This document shows, in pieces, positions 17,134-27,046 of a stretch of DNA of 64,000 bases (its first letter is position 1; every line of letters starts with the position of its first letter). Position numbers and translations under genes: made by a program. This DNA comes from a virus: IMG/VR virus record IMGVR_UViG_3300020473_000017. One strand, 5' to 3'. Under the pieces are notes generated by a model, which was not told the origin of the DNA, made no database searches, and worked only from the letters and a program-made list of their open reading frames with translations.

Positions 17134-17838
17134 TTATATATAGTCCTCTTCATCTTCCCATTTCTCCATAACGACACCTTCCTTTTCAAGTTGTGACAAA
17201 GAATAGTCAAGTATAACTACAATTCTGTCGTGAGTACCGTTATGTTGTGCCCAATGTTTATCGTGATCATGGAAAGCAAATGGTTTTCCCACCTCCCATG
17301 TTCTCTTACGACCACGTACACTTAACCATGCACCTGGATCAGTAACTATAGGTACATGCAACCTCAATGAATCTATGTCACCACTATGAGGATTGATCTT
17401 TGTACCTGGAGATAACTTACTTATAGTACAACTCTTTAATATCTTAGAATCTATCTCAGGTTGCAATGCTAAATGAAATACAGGACAACACTTCTTCATA
17501 CTCTCAGTTAGTTTGGGTAGTACTTCCTGTACCTTCTCTACCGTAGTATTAAATAACTCAACGAATGAAACCATTTCGCTGAGTTCAAAGTCTTCTTCTG
17601 TTGCTGTATCACCTACAGCATTAAGTGGCATAGGGATGACTGTCCATGAGCCATCCCAAAGCTGCACCCTGCCAAGGTTCCTATCCTCAACCCACTTATC
17701 TAATACCCATTCCTTTAAGATGGGTTGGTTTGTTTCTACAAACTTTAGAATCTCTGGGATGATCCATTTATGATGTACTTTTACATTCTGAAATGAGGAT
17801 AGATGTGATATCATATCCTCTTGCCAAATCTTTCTCAT
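17134..17838 (-). CDS. Aspartyl/asparaginyl beta-hydroxylase
   Basis: SKLSPGTKINPHSG, LRLHVPI, KHWAQHNG, RIVVILD. Confidence 0.85.
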   Translation of the reverse strand: MRKIWQEDMISHLSSFQNVKVHHKWIIPEILKFVETNQPILKEWVLDKWVEDRNLGRVQLWDGSWTVIPMPLNAVGDTATEEDFELSEMVSFVELFNTTVEKVQEVLPKLTESMKKCCPVFHLALQPEIDSKILKSCTISKLSPGTKINPHSGDIDSLRLHVPIVTDPGAWLSVRGRKRTWEVGKPFAFHDHDKHWAQHNGTHDRIVVILDYSLSQLEKEGVVMEKWEDEEDYI

Positions 17839-17841
17839 ATA

Positions 17842-18024
17842 TTATGGGTCAGTATCCCTTGGGGGACACTCCTTTAATCCGTGTACTGGACAGTCTACAC
17901 CTTTTTTCGTATGATTGCAAGCTTCCTTTAATTTCTCTTTAGGAACCTTCTTCATCTTCTCTTCAGATGGCTTGCGCCCATCAGGATCATCCAGTTGAGG
18001 CATGATCTCAACGGGGCCTTTTAC
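17842..18024 (-). CDS. -1 frame extension of the 18021-18998 gene, or a separate small ORF from ATG 18003; Cys/His tail
   Basis: Open -1 frame VKGPVEIMPQLDDPDG...CNHTKKGVDCPVHGLKECP* starts exactly at A-AAA-AAG. Confidence 0.65.
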   Translation of the reverse strand, partial: VKGPVEIMPQLDDPDGRKPSEEKMKKVPKEKLKEACNHTKKGVDCPVHGLKECPPRDTDP

Positions 18025-18998
18025 TTTTTTTCAGAGATGCTCCTGAAAGTTGAGAAAGATCTCTTCTCTCCTACTGTTTCATTGCGCTTGTTTTGTTCCT
18101 TTCCAATCTTCGTATCAGAACCCTTCTTAGTATAGGATTTCTTACCTTCTGATTTAATTGCAGGTTCTACATATACAGTTCCGTGTGGTCCTGCAGGTAG
18201 TTCTGGATTTACTTCATCAGGATTTTGTGATCTTGGATCAGCTGCGTGCTCATGCACAACTTCTTTAACTACTTCAAATGATTCAGCAGGTACTGCTTTC
18301 TCTATACCATGCTCAAACATAATATCATAGTGAGATACATTCCCATCCTCGTCTAGTGTATGCATCTCACTAAGACAGTTACCAGATCCCCACTCTGGGT
18401 GCTCCACTTTGGTAACGCATGAATGTTTTACTTTCTTTACATCAGGCTTCCCTTCTTCACCTTTCGGTTCAGCAAGTTTCATACCTGGTGCATCACCACC
18501 ACCTACACCATCAGCTCCTTTGCCTTTGATGTCTGTATTACCTATCTTAGCGGAGTAATCAAATCTCCATGTCTCTTCGACACTTTTAAACTTTGTGTTT
18601 AGACTTGTTTCTGCAGCTAACTGTGCTAAAGTCTTTTCCTCGTGGTGATCCATCTTATCTTTTTTGGGGTCTGTTGGGATTGTTTGCTTAACTTCAACTG
18701 TGCCAGCAGGTTTCTGTACCTTCTGTCCAGGAGTAAGCGACATAACATACTCTCGATATGCATCAGTTCCAGTCTCGAAAACTTCTTGTATGTCAGTGAT
18801 CCAAGTGCGGAAGGTTGTATCTTCAGCAGTTAGACATAGTACATAGTTAGGTCCACGACGTAAGATCTTTCCTACCTGTCCGTTCTCAGTTAAAACCCAC
18901 TCACCTTTTTTATATACTTCGTTCTTATAGAACTTGTCACGAGTGATTTTTGCTTCCGCAACCTGAGTCTTTTTAGCAAAGTCAGAGAAAGATTTCAT
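18021..18998 (-). CDS. Conserved cyanophage Glu/Lys-rich protein (probable head-associated)
   Basis: MKSFSDF start, SH3-like GKILRRGPNY segment, E.GTDAYR motif; TATAAATA upstream. Confidence 0.75.
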   Translation of the reverse strand: MKSFSDFAKKTQVAEAKITRDKFYKNEVYKKGEWVLTENGQVGKILRRGPNYVLCLTAEDTTFRTWITDIQEVFETGTDAYREYVMSLTPGQKVQKPAGTVEVKQTIPTDPKKDKMDHHEEKTLAQLAAETSLNTKFKSVEETWRFDYSAKIGNTDIKGKGADGVGGGDAPGMKLAEPKGEEGKPDVKKVKHSCVTKVEHPEWGSGNCLSEMHTLDEDGNVSHYDIMFEHGIEKAVPAESFEVVKEVVHEHAADPRSQNPDEVNPELPAGPHGTVYVEPAIKSEGKKSYTKKGSDTKIGKEQNKRNETVGEKRSFSTFRSISEKK

Positions 18999-19022
18999 TA
19001 ATATATGTGTACATATCAAGTT

Positions 19023-19030
19023 TATTTATA
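19023..19030 (-). promoter_or_regulatory. T4-type late promoter
   Basis: TATAAATA on the minus strand. Confidence 0.75.
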
Positions 19031-19595
19031 AGCCCATACCTTTTTTGGTCAGCGCAAACAGTTTGTTCTTTTCACCTATGGATAAAGTATCTGGAAGATA
19101 AGAGTTGAAACTTGTAATATCATTCTTCTTAACGAATTCTTTTTGCTTACTAGATGATGCACCTGCAGCTCCCTTAGCATCAGCAGCTCTTGCACCAGCA
19201 CTCAGCACTTCTATCTTATCAAAAGTATAATCCTCTGTACCATTTCGTTCTGGTAAGAGCCTATTAAGCCAAGCATATTGATCATCACCAACAATACCTA
19301 CAACATGATCATAATCTGGCTGAAGGAATTGCATTACTTTAATAATAGTTTGCGAGTGTGGTCCTTCATAGATATGGTCAGCATGTTTAGGAAACATCTT
19401 CTTCAAGTACCTAATCTTATCCTCATAACTTATAGGATTTTTCTCCTTACCAGGAGTATGTGAATGAGTGGCCATAACCCACCAATCATCAGTTCCAGCC
19501 TTGCTAATAGTAAAGTTAATCAGCTTCTCATGGCCTATCGTAGGTGGATTCATCCTACCCCAACAGAATACAACTCTTTTTAATTCATCAGCCAT
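19026..19595 (-). CDS. Cytidyltransferase-like (HIGH superfamily) nucleotidyltransferase
   Basis: WGRMNPPTIGHEKL, KNPISY, VGDD, SAGAR, ASSS. Confidence 0.85.
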   Translation of the reverse strand: MADELKRVVFCWGRMNPPTIGHEKLINFTISKAGTDDWWVMATHSHTPGKEKNPISYEDKIRYLKKMFPKHADHIYEGPHSQTIIKVMQFLQPDYDHVVGIVGDDQYAWLNRLLPERNGTEDYTFDKIEVLSAGARAADAKGAAGASSSKQKEFVKKNDITSFNSYLPDTLSIGEKNKLFALTKKGMGL

Positions 19596-19596
19596 C

Positions 19597-20799
19597 TTAG
19601 ATATTAGGTGATTTGTTCAGGTTCTCAGCACTGAAAGTTAAACGATCAACAATCTTATATGCTTTCTTACCATACTGAATAGCAACATAACCTTCTGGTT
19701 TTGTAACTTGATAACCATCTTCCTTCTTAAAGAAAGTACCAAACCTAGTTTGTGTAGCTCCAAGTTTATCAATGAAAGGAAGCTTAGCATCTTGTATAGA
19801 TTTATATACTGTAACAAGTGCAGCAAGCTCTTTCATATTATTATTTACAATTTCTCTACCATCCCTCCTATGCAATTTGTATTTAGAAATTGACTTAGGT
19901 TGTTTCTTACTAGCAATCTCCTTCTTCAACCTAGCATTCCACCAATCACAAAACTCCTGAGCAAACCTATCAGGATTACTTACTGGTTTCCTATCACGTA
20001 CAAACTTATTAAAAAAGATCTTCATGTTTGGTCCAAGCAACCATGTATTCTTTGGTGATCCAATATGCTCAGCCATAAGATCCATAAGATCACCAGCGAT
20101 CTCAATTTGTTTAAGAGTTTCCTTCCTTGTATCTCTATACTTCTTAATCTCTTTTTCAGTAATCAACGTACTGCTACCTAGTGATTCAGTCTCGGCACTA
20201 ATAATAAGGATATCATCCTGTTCAGTCAAATGAAAATCACCACCAAACCTAGCAGATAAACTGTCTATACTATCACCAACATATCTGGTATGAAATACTA
20301 CACAAAAACCTGCCCTCTTAGCTTTATCATATAACTCATCACCCTCTGGAATACAATATGTAATCTTATTAGGTGTAAAAATAATACACTTCTTACCATC
20401 AATATATCCTTCCTTAGCATCATCAGTAAACAGAAGGTCTCCTTGGTATACACCTTGAGGATTAAGTCTAGGAATATATTCCAAACAAGAATTCAATTTC
20501 TCTACAAGTCCAGCAGCATGACCATGATTCCGTTTGACATCATCCTTACTATAGTTAATCTTTGCATCCTTATTAAAGACTGACTTAGTAGCAACAAAGA
20601 TTCTATCACTACCTGGATACTTACCACAAAATATAGCAGGAGATCCATCCCACTTAACAGTAACGGATGCATTTTGATCTGGTTGGCCAACAAACATAGA
20701 ACATAAGTCATCCAAGAAAGTGAGTGCATCTAATGCACCCTGCTTCCCATCCATTAGAAGACTATCTTCTAAGTGTTCTAAGTGTGTGTTCTTACTCAT
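19597..20799 (-). CDS. DUF6267-like protein with ligase/nucleotidyltransferase motifs
   Basis: NTHLEHLED; VKWDGSPA, QGDLLF, PEGYV, YKIVDR. Confidence 0.7.
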   Translation of the reverse strand: MSKNTHLEHLEDSLLMDGKQGALDALTFLDDLCSMFVGQPDQNASVTVKWDGSPAIFCGKYPGSDRIFVATKSVFNKDAKINYSKDDVKRNHGHAAGLVEKLNSCLEYIPRLNPQGVYQGDLLFTDDAKEGYIDGKKCIIFTPNKITYCIPEGDELYDKAKRAGFCVVFHTRYVGDSIDSLSARFGGDFHLTEQDDILIISAETESLGSSTLITEKEIKKYRDTRKETLKQIEIAGDLMDLMAEHIGSPKNTWLLGPNMKIFFNKFVRDRKPVSNPDRFAQEFCDWWNARLKKEIASKKQPKSISKYKLHRRDGREIVNNNMKELAALVTVYKSIQDAKLPFIDKLGATQTRFGTFFKKEDGYQVTKPEGYVAIQYGKKAYKIVDRLTFSAENLNKSPNI

Positions 20800-22517
20800 T
20801 AATATATCTTGGCAAATGGTCCATAATCTCTACCAGCTTTCATTGATAACCATACTAATTTTGTTGAAAATCTATCCTTATCATCATTTTTAATCCCATT
20901 AAAGAAACAATAGAGCCACCTAATTTGCTGGAGTTTTGAATTAACAACATGAGGTTTTGTTCCATCAATACCCTTAGTCATTGCTACACACAGATTGCTA
21001 TAACATTCTTCTTTACTATCTACACTACCAAAATCAATATTAAATGTTGTTTTATTATCCCATAAGTAACCAACTACATCTTTCCATGACTTAGATCCTG
21101 GTGGAGTACCTAAATTGCGCTTCTGGAACTGGTCACAATTCTGAGCATACTTCATCTTGTCTTTCTCCATTTTTGGACCCTTTGAATAAGTATTAATTGC
21201 TTTAATTACCTCATCAACAGTTGCTTTACCTAATCTAGCATCACCATGCCCCTCAGCAGTAGCTTCATACTTCAGTCCAGACATCTCTGAACTATTGTTT
21301 GCTTTAATCTGAAATTTATATGTTGCACCCAAATGGTAAGTATCGTTAACAATAAACCAAGTATCCTGTGTCTCAAGTGTATTATCCTCATCCAATCCCA
21401 GCTTACATATAGCATTACTATACTTCATAACAGTATCATCAGTACCTTTACCAGTATATCCCTTACCAACCCAGTTATCCGTAAAGAATTCTTCTTTAGT
21501 ATTGAAGTAAACTATACTAGCTGGATCTTTAGTAACCTTCTTAAGGGATATGCCATATATTTTATGACTATTAAAGTACCCTCTCATTAAATGATTAACC
21601 TGTAGACGTTTAACATCTTCCTCAACAGATTTATCAAAAAGAATCTTATCTATACTTGCTCTCGCAGCTTCTTCTGATTTACTATCAATCAACCATATAT
21701 CAGCAGGGTTCCAGTTATCCTTACCCTTCACACCCATCTTACCTACAATCCCAGTAACATATTCCATGAAAGTTTTGGTTGGACTACCCGCATGTGGTAA
21801 AAATTTCATAGCCTCATCTGAATGGATGTACCTATCAAATAAACAGTTTCCACTTCCAAGTTTACTCAATAATGCTTTCTGTTGAATCCAAAAGTTTACA
21901 CACCACTCCTGACCATCATCCTCCCATGCATCATCATTCTTAGCAAAATGAGGCCAAACTCCTTTACCAAGAACTTCTATAACGCGAGGATCTTCATACA
22001 GTTTATCCCAAGTTGACCAGTTCCCTCCTTCACAGAGTGCAAGGTAAAAAATATATGCAGAACCAATCTCCTGCATCTTAGTTTTAGTAGAAGCATTAAT
22101 TTTAGTTGCACTACCACTAGTTGCTTTAGTTCCTTGGAATTTTACCATCTGGTTCCCTACCCAGAGAAATATATAAGGTTTTCCTGCATCAATACTCCTA
22201 CCAAACTTTGGCTCATCAGTCTTCTTTACTCTCGCAATCTTTGGACTAACATATTTACCCCTTGAATGTGCTTCTATAATCTTATCAACCCTATCATATG
22301 CAGACTTAAAGGTAATCATCTTCTTACCTGTCTTGGTTCCAAAGGACTGCTTATCCCAACTCTCTTCGTAAAACCATTTGTTTGATGACATCCAACCTTT
22401 GTCCTTGGCATCCTTATTGCCTTCAGCAATCATAAAAAGAAGTTGCATCTCACCCCAAACATCATGAGTTCTGATACGCTTTAGAATCTGAGCAGGGGTT
22501 GTCTGAACTAATGCCAT
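20799..22517 (-). CDS. Large hypothetical protein, possible PD-(D/E)xK-like nuclease
   Basis: QE...WNPADIW...GISLKK; CTAAATA late promoter upstream (22541-22547). Confidence 0.6.
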   Translation of the reverse strand: MALVQTTPAQILKRIRTHDVWGEMQLLFMIAEGNKDAKDKGWMSSNKWFYEESWDKQSFGTKTGKKMITFKSAYDRVDKIIEAHSRGKYVSPKIARVKKTDEPKFGRSIDAGKPYIFLWVGNQMVKFQGTKATSGSATKINASTKTKMQEIGSAYIFYLALCEGGNWSTWDKLYEDPRVIEVLGKGVWPHFAKNDDAWEDDGQEWCVNFWIQQKALLSKLGSGNCLFDRYIHSDEAMKFLPHAGSPTKTFMEYVTGIVGKMGVKGKDNWNPADIWLIDSKSEEAARASIDKILFDKSVEEDVKRLQVNHLMRGYFNSHKIYGISLKKVTKDPASIVYFNTKEEFFTDNWVGKGYTGKGTDDTVMKYSNAICKLGLDEDNTLETQDTWFIVNDTYHLGATYKFQIKANNSSEMSGLKYEATAEGHGDARLGKATVDEVIKAINTYSKGPKMEKDKMKYAQNCDQFQKRNLGTPPGSKSWKDVVGYLWDNKTTFNIDFGSVDSKEECYSNLCVAMTKGIDGTKPHVVNSKLQQIRWLYCFFNGIKNDDKDRFSTKLVWLSMKAGRDYGPFAKIY

Positions 22518-22543
22518 TACAATTATAAAATACTATTAAGTAT

Positions 22544-23185
22544 TTAGAATTGTTTCCAATATCTAGGATGTAGTAAACCCGATTCTGTATCTGTTCTATC
22601 TTTCAACGTCAATACAATGTCACCAGCGAGACTAACTCGTTGATGTTCTCTATGTTCTGGAGCAGTATAATGTTCAAGAGTACCAGGAAACATAACCACA
22701 TGTTCAGCTTTAGGTGTGATAGCATACCCATCACCATTGCAATAATTGTGTTCCGTTTTAAACTGGAATGCATCTCCAAACCACTCGTTACTATTTCTTT
22801 TATGTAAAACTATTGGATCTCCTGGTGTCTGAATGTAGTAAACATATGAAATATGTGAACACGAATGCCAATGCATAGGAACACTCTGACCTGGATCACA
22901 TATAGTAAACCATGTCTTGACAAAATTTATATCAAAACAATCTTCTATACAAAAATGATTTATATATTCTCTGGCAGCCTTCTTCAACTGCTTGAAGAAT
23001 GATTCAAGCCTACGATCCTGATGTATCAGAACCTTACCATTCAATTCCCCTGTAACTTTCCCAGTTGTATTATCAAACTTACCATCATCAAAACTCTTAT
23101 AGAGTGCTGATAGATGACCTGGTATATGTCCTTCGTATATTACAGTAGGAAATGCTTGATGAAACTTAGCGGTCGTCTTCTGCAC
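22544..23185 (-). CDS. TIGR02466-type putative 2OG-Fe(II) oxygenase
   Basis: AFPT, HWHSCSHISYVYY, MFPGTLEH, RVSLA. Confidence 0.8.
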   Translation of the reverse strand: MQKTTAKFHQAFPTVIYEGHIPGHLSALYKSFDDGKFDNTTGKVTGELNGKVLIHQDRRLESFFKQLKKAAREYINHFCIEDCFDINFVKTWFTICDPGQSVPMHWHSCSHISYVYYIQTPGDPIVLHKRNSNEWFGDAFQFKTEHNYCNGDGYAITPKAEHVVMFPGTLEHYTAPEHREHQRVSLAGDIVLTLKDRTDTESGLLHPRYWKQF

Positions 23186-23570
23186 GTACTTCAGAGTAGT
23201 TTATATCAAACTTACCACCTGGATATCTCTTCTCTAACTTAGAGATATTGCGTTTGATAACATCGTCAAAAGATACGTCCAAAGCCATACAAGCTTGTGC
23301 CACATACCACATAACGTCACCCAACTCAATAATAAGATGCTCTCTATTGTCGTCAGTCCAAGGTTTACCCTGGAACACCATCTTCTTAACGATCTCAAGA
23401 AACTCACCAGACTCAGCAGCAAGCCCAACGCCAGCAGTGGTAAGACGTTCAATATTGGCACCCTTTCTGTCAAGTTCAACCAAACGGTCAGCAAGATAGA
23501 CAAAATCTTTACTGGTATCGGATGTGACACCATCCACGAAATGAGAGTATCTATCAAAATCTATAGTCAT
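23166..23570 (-). CDS. mazG: MazG-like nucleotide pyrophosphohydrolase
   Basis: GLAAESGEFLEIVKK...ELGDVMWY...N..KL..RYP. Confidence 0.92.
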   Translation of the reverse strand: MTIDFDRYSHFVDGVTSDTSKDFVYLADRLVELDRKGANIERLTTAGVGLAAESGEFLEIVKKMVFQGKPWTDDNREHLIIELGDVMWYVAQACMALDVSFDDVIKRNISKLEKRYPGGKFDINYSEVRAEDDR

Positions 23571-25144
23571 GAAAATAATTGCATAGTCTCTGGGAACCAA
23601 ACGTAGTCTAACTCACACCTACTAAGAATGTCAAGTGCTTGTTGTGGTGTTTCAACTAACGGTTCCCCTGCTAGGTTGAAACTAGTATTTAATATTATAC
23701 CATGTCCAGTGAGTTTTTTCAACTCACTTAACAGTTCGTACAGTATACCATCAGTGACAGTCTGTACTCTACAGGTATTATCTATATGGGTTACAGCAGG
23801 AATTGAAATATCACTCTTAACAGTATAACACTGGGTCATAAATCTACTCGGTGTCTTCATGTCAAAATATAGATGTGCATCTTCCTGCAACACAGATGCA
23901 GCAAATGGTCTATACCATTCTCTCTTCTTGATTCTATTAACTATTTCTCTTCCGTCAACAACGAACGGGTTGAATAAGATGCTTCTGTTTCCAAGTGCTC
24001 TTTGTCCAGCTTCTGCGTGTCCAAAATAAGTTCCAATGCTTCTTTGTTCTTGAAGGAGTTTAGCAACTCCTTTCGTGTCGAGGGTTTGTGTTCCTCTGAA
24101 TGTTGATAGGTCATACTTCCAACCGTGAAATGAGGTAGTTTTTAATGGAGTTCTCTCCTTAGAGTATAGCATAGCAGCTCCCACTGAAATGCCAACGTCT
24201 GTAGACATTGGTTCAAAATAAAACTCAACGTCTGGGAAAGTTTCAACCAATAAGTTATTAGTAATAATATTCATTGCATAACCACCAGTCATGCAAACAT
24301 TATGTAGTCCAGTTTTCGCTAAGGATTCCCGTACAAGTTTAACTACCACGTTTTGTGTATCAATTTGCACCTCTTTTGCGAAATCTGCATAGGGTTTATA
24401 GTTAGATTGTGTCAATTCTGTAATAGTATCAAGACCTTTCTTACCATATAATTCCTGTGCTATATTCATATGATTCTCATCATAAAACATGAGATGAATA
24501 TCCTTACAGTGGAACAAATCATCGTCCACATACAAGTCATCTTTTATATGTGTCGTATGTGCATCTCCATAGGCACTAAGTCCCATAACTTTACCTGCTT
24601 GAAGACATCCTTCACCCATCTGCACCGCAGCAGCAGAATATAGATAACCCAATCCCATCATAGAATGACCTTTCATCCAAGGATATAATTTTATTTTATT
24701 CTCATATACTCTCTCAAATGAACCACCTATAAAAACAGTCTCAGCTTCAAACAATCCCTTAGAAAGTCCCCCCGAACCATCAATAACTACAACAAGAGCA
24801 TCATCGAATCCACTATTATAGTATGCACCTACTGCATGAAATTTATGATGACGACTATCCTTTACAATTTCAGGAAGTTTACCATGCTTTCTCTTATAAG
24901 ATTCAAGAAATACCTTAGTAAATTTTAAACTATCATCACCTAGAAATGTCTTATCACCAAAGTAAGATAATACTATAAGATCTACTGGTTCATCTACCTT
25001 CAGTATGTTTTTATAGATATGAAAGTGCTTATCATCATGCTTCTTACCACTAAATCTTTCTTCCAAAAAATAATGCTTGACCTCACCATCGTAGATACAA
25101 GCATTAGCATCATGATTGCCATAATGTATAGCAAGAACCCTCAT
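23567..25144 (-). CDS. O-carbamoyltransferase (NodU/CmcH/TobZ family)
   Basis: HD, EER, HH..HA, DGSG, GKVMGL, RALGNRSIL, KKREWYRPFA, RVQTV, LNTSFNLAGEPLV. Confidence 0.92.
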   Translation of the reverse strand: MRVLAIHYGNHDANACIYDGEVKHYFLEERFSGKKHDDKHFHIYKNILKVDEPVDLIVLSYFGDKTFLGDDSLKFTKVFLESYKRKHGKLPEIVKDSRHHKFHAVGAYYNSGFDDALVVVIDGSGGLSKGLFEAETVFIGGSFERVYENKIKLYPWMKGHSMMGLGYLYSAAAVQMGEGCLQAGKVMGLSAYGDAHTTHIKDDLYVDDDLFHCKDIHLMFYDENHMNIAQELYGKKGLDTITELTQSNYKPYADFAKEVQIDTQNVVVKLVRESLAKTGLHNVCMTGGYAMNIITNNLLVETFPDVEFYFEPMSTDVGISVGAAMLYSKERTPLKTTSFHGWKYDLSTFRGTQTLDTKGVAKLLQEQRSIGTYFGHAEAGQRALGNRSILFNPFVVDGREIVNRIKKREWYRPFAASVLQEDAHLYFDMKTPSRFMTQCYTVKSDISIPAVTHIDNTCRVQTVTDGILYELLSELKKLTGHGIILNTSFNLAGEPLVETPQQALDILSRCELDYVWFPETMQLFS

Positions 25145-26514
25145 ACTTTGAGTGATGCAAACTTCTTAGACAAATCTTCCTTAACATTTTCAATCTCATC
25201 TTGGCCAGCATCTGTAAGACCATCCTGTGCTGACTGTTCTACGTCATATAATCTCATCTTAGAACGATCAAGACCCACTACAAATCTCTTATTCATCGTA
25301 GGATCATTGTACCTATTCTTTAACTGCTTAACCATGATCTGATTCATCGCTTCCAACTCCTCAGTAGATATGAGAGCGAACATAAGGTCAGCAGTAGCAG
25401 GGAGTCCGAAAGATTCTGACGTGTCAGTAAGGTCAACATCGCTAGAAGCGAAACCAGACCTAGTAGTTTGAGTAGCACTGACAATCGGTAGATTTGCTTC
25501 CACAGCCAGACCACGAAGTTCCTCCGCAATCGCCTTGATGTATGAGTAAGAGTTGACATTGCCTACCTTAGAATAACGACTAGATGCACATATGTTTAAG
25601 TAATCTATGAATATAATATCAGGTCTAAAATCTTTCTTCAATGCTAACTCATTGATCAATGATCTAAAGTGTCCACTGTGTGCAGATGCAGTAGGATACT
25701 CTTTAATAATAAGTTTACCTTGTGTCTTGGCAGCAAGTTTCTGTACCTTAGATTCAAACATCATCTTAGGTAACTGGTGAAGTGAATCTGTATCAAGACT
25801 TAAAAGATTTTCATCAATGCGTTCCGCAATCTTCTCTTCAGCCATCTCCAACGTAATGTACAAAACGTTCTTGCTTTGGAGAAGCACACTACTAGCAACA
25901 TGACACATAAAGAGAGACTTACCCACACCAGTACCTGCAAGAGCAATGTTGAGAGTTTTATTAGGAAGTCCACCCTTTGTAATACGGTTGAAGTATTCCA
26001 AATCAAAAGGTATCTTTTCCTCAGTGGTATGGTAGAAATCGTATCGTTGCTCGTAGTCTTCAAGGTAATCATGTCCTACATGAGTATCGAATCCCACTGC
26101 TAATGCATCAGAAAGTATACTAGGTATTGCACCAGTAGCTCTCTTCTCATCATTACCTTCTGCAATCTTAATACTCTCCATGAGAGCAAGGTAAATAGCA
26201 CGTTCCTTACACCACTTCTCAGTACTATCTAAGATCCATTGAGGATCAGACTTCTCATCATCAATATCTCTAATGAGTTGCACAATTTGTCCATGCTGAT
26301 CATCAGATATAGTATCAAGATGTCCTACTTCAATCTCTAATGCTTCCTTAGTAGGTAAAGCATTATATGCAGTGAAGTATTTAGAAATTACATTGAATAA
26401 ATTCCTTTCAAGTGTCTCAGAAAAATACTCTGACTTAATGAATGGCAAAGTCTTCCGAACATACTCCTCCTCAAGAAGAAGGTTTTTTAATATTAGGTTC
26501 TCAACTTTGCTCAT
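25141..26514 (-). CDS. gp41: Replicative DNA helicase gp41
   Basis: AGTGVGKS, LEMAEE, IDYLNIC, SESFGLPATAD, KNRY. Confidence 0.96.
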   Translation of the reverse strand: MSKVENLILKNLLLEEEYVRKTLPFIKSEYFSETLERNLFNVISKYFTAYNALPTKEALEIEVGHLDTISDDQHGQIVQLIRDIDDEKSDPQWILDSTEKWCKERAIYLALMESIKIAEGNDEKRATGAIPSILSDALAVGFDTHVGHDYLEDYEQRYDFYHTTEEKIPFDLEYFNRITKGGLPNKTLNIALAGTGVGKSLFMCHVASSVLLQSKNVLYITLEMAEEKIAERIDENLLSLDTDSLHQLPKMMFESKVQKLAAKTQGKLIIKEYPTASAHSGHFRSLINELALKKDFRPDIIFIDYLNICASSRYSKVGNVNSYSYIKAIAEELRGLAVEANLPIVSATQTTRSGFASSDVDLTDTSESFGLPATADLMFALISTEELEAMNQIMVKQLKNRYNDPTMNKRFVVGLDRSKMRLYDVEQSAQDGLTDAGQDEIENVKEDLSKKFASLKV

Positions 26515-27046
26515 TCGTTTTAATCACCACTGGAATTGATAGTGTCATTCTAAGATCAGGATTTTCATTCATAGGAGAATTAGATTCAATCCATGATGGA
26601 TGTATTATAACATCTCCTTGGTTTACGTAAACCCCACTAGTGTCAGTCCATTCATTGACACCAGGATCAAAGGTACGAATAATCTGATGTATTGGATGCC
26701 AATACATATCTGACTTCTTACAATCACTTATGTAGTGAGTTAATGTATAATGACTTGGTAGAGTATCCATTCTATCTGTACTCTCACCTTTCTCAAGTGC
26801 TTTAAAAACATATGTTTGGAAGATCCATGAATGAGTATCAGAAGCACCAATCTCATCCATAAACTGATCCATTATATCACTATAATTTTGATATAAAGGA
26901 TTGGGTACATTAGGATATGCCATAATTACAGGAGATATTTCATTGAATCTTTCCTGTTTGTATTCATTATCCCAATAATCTACATGAGGTTGATTATTAG
27001 AGATAGCATACTTACGAATTGATGTAGAAAATAAATCTATCTTCAT
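26501..27046 (-). CDS. Degenerate TIGR02466-like (2OG-Fe fold) protein
   Basis: [14 protein letters not shown] and RMTLS present, but metal-binding His residues apparently missing. Confidence 0.55.
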   Translation of the reverse strand: MKIDLFSTSIRKYAISNNQPHVDYWDNEYKQERFNEISPVIMAYPNVPNPLYQNYSDIMDQFMDEIGASDTHSWIFQTYVFKALEKGESTDRMDTLPSHYTLTHYISDCKKSDMYWHPIHQIIRTFDPGVNEWTDTSGVYVNQGDVIIHPSWIESNSPMNENPDLRMTLSIPVVIKTNEQS

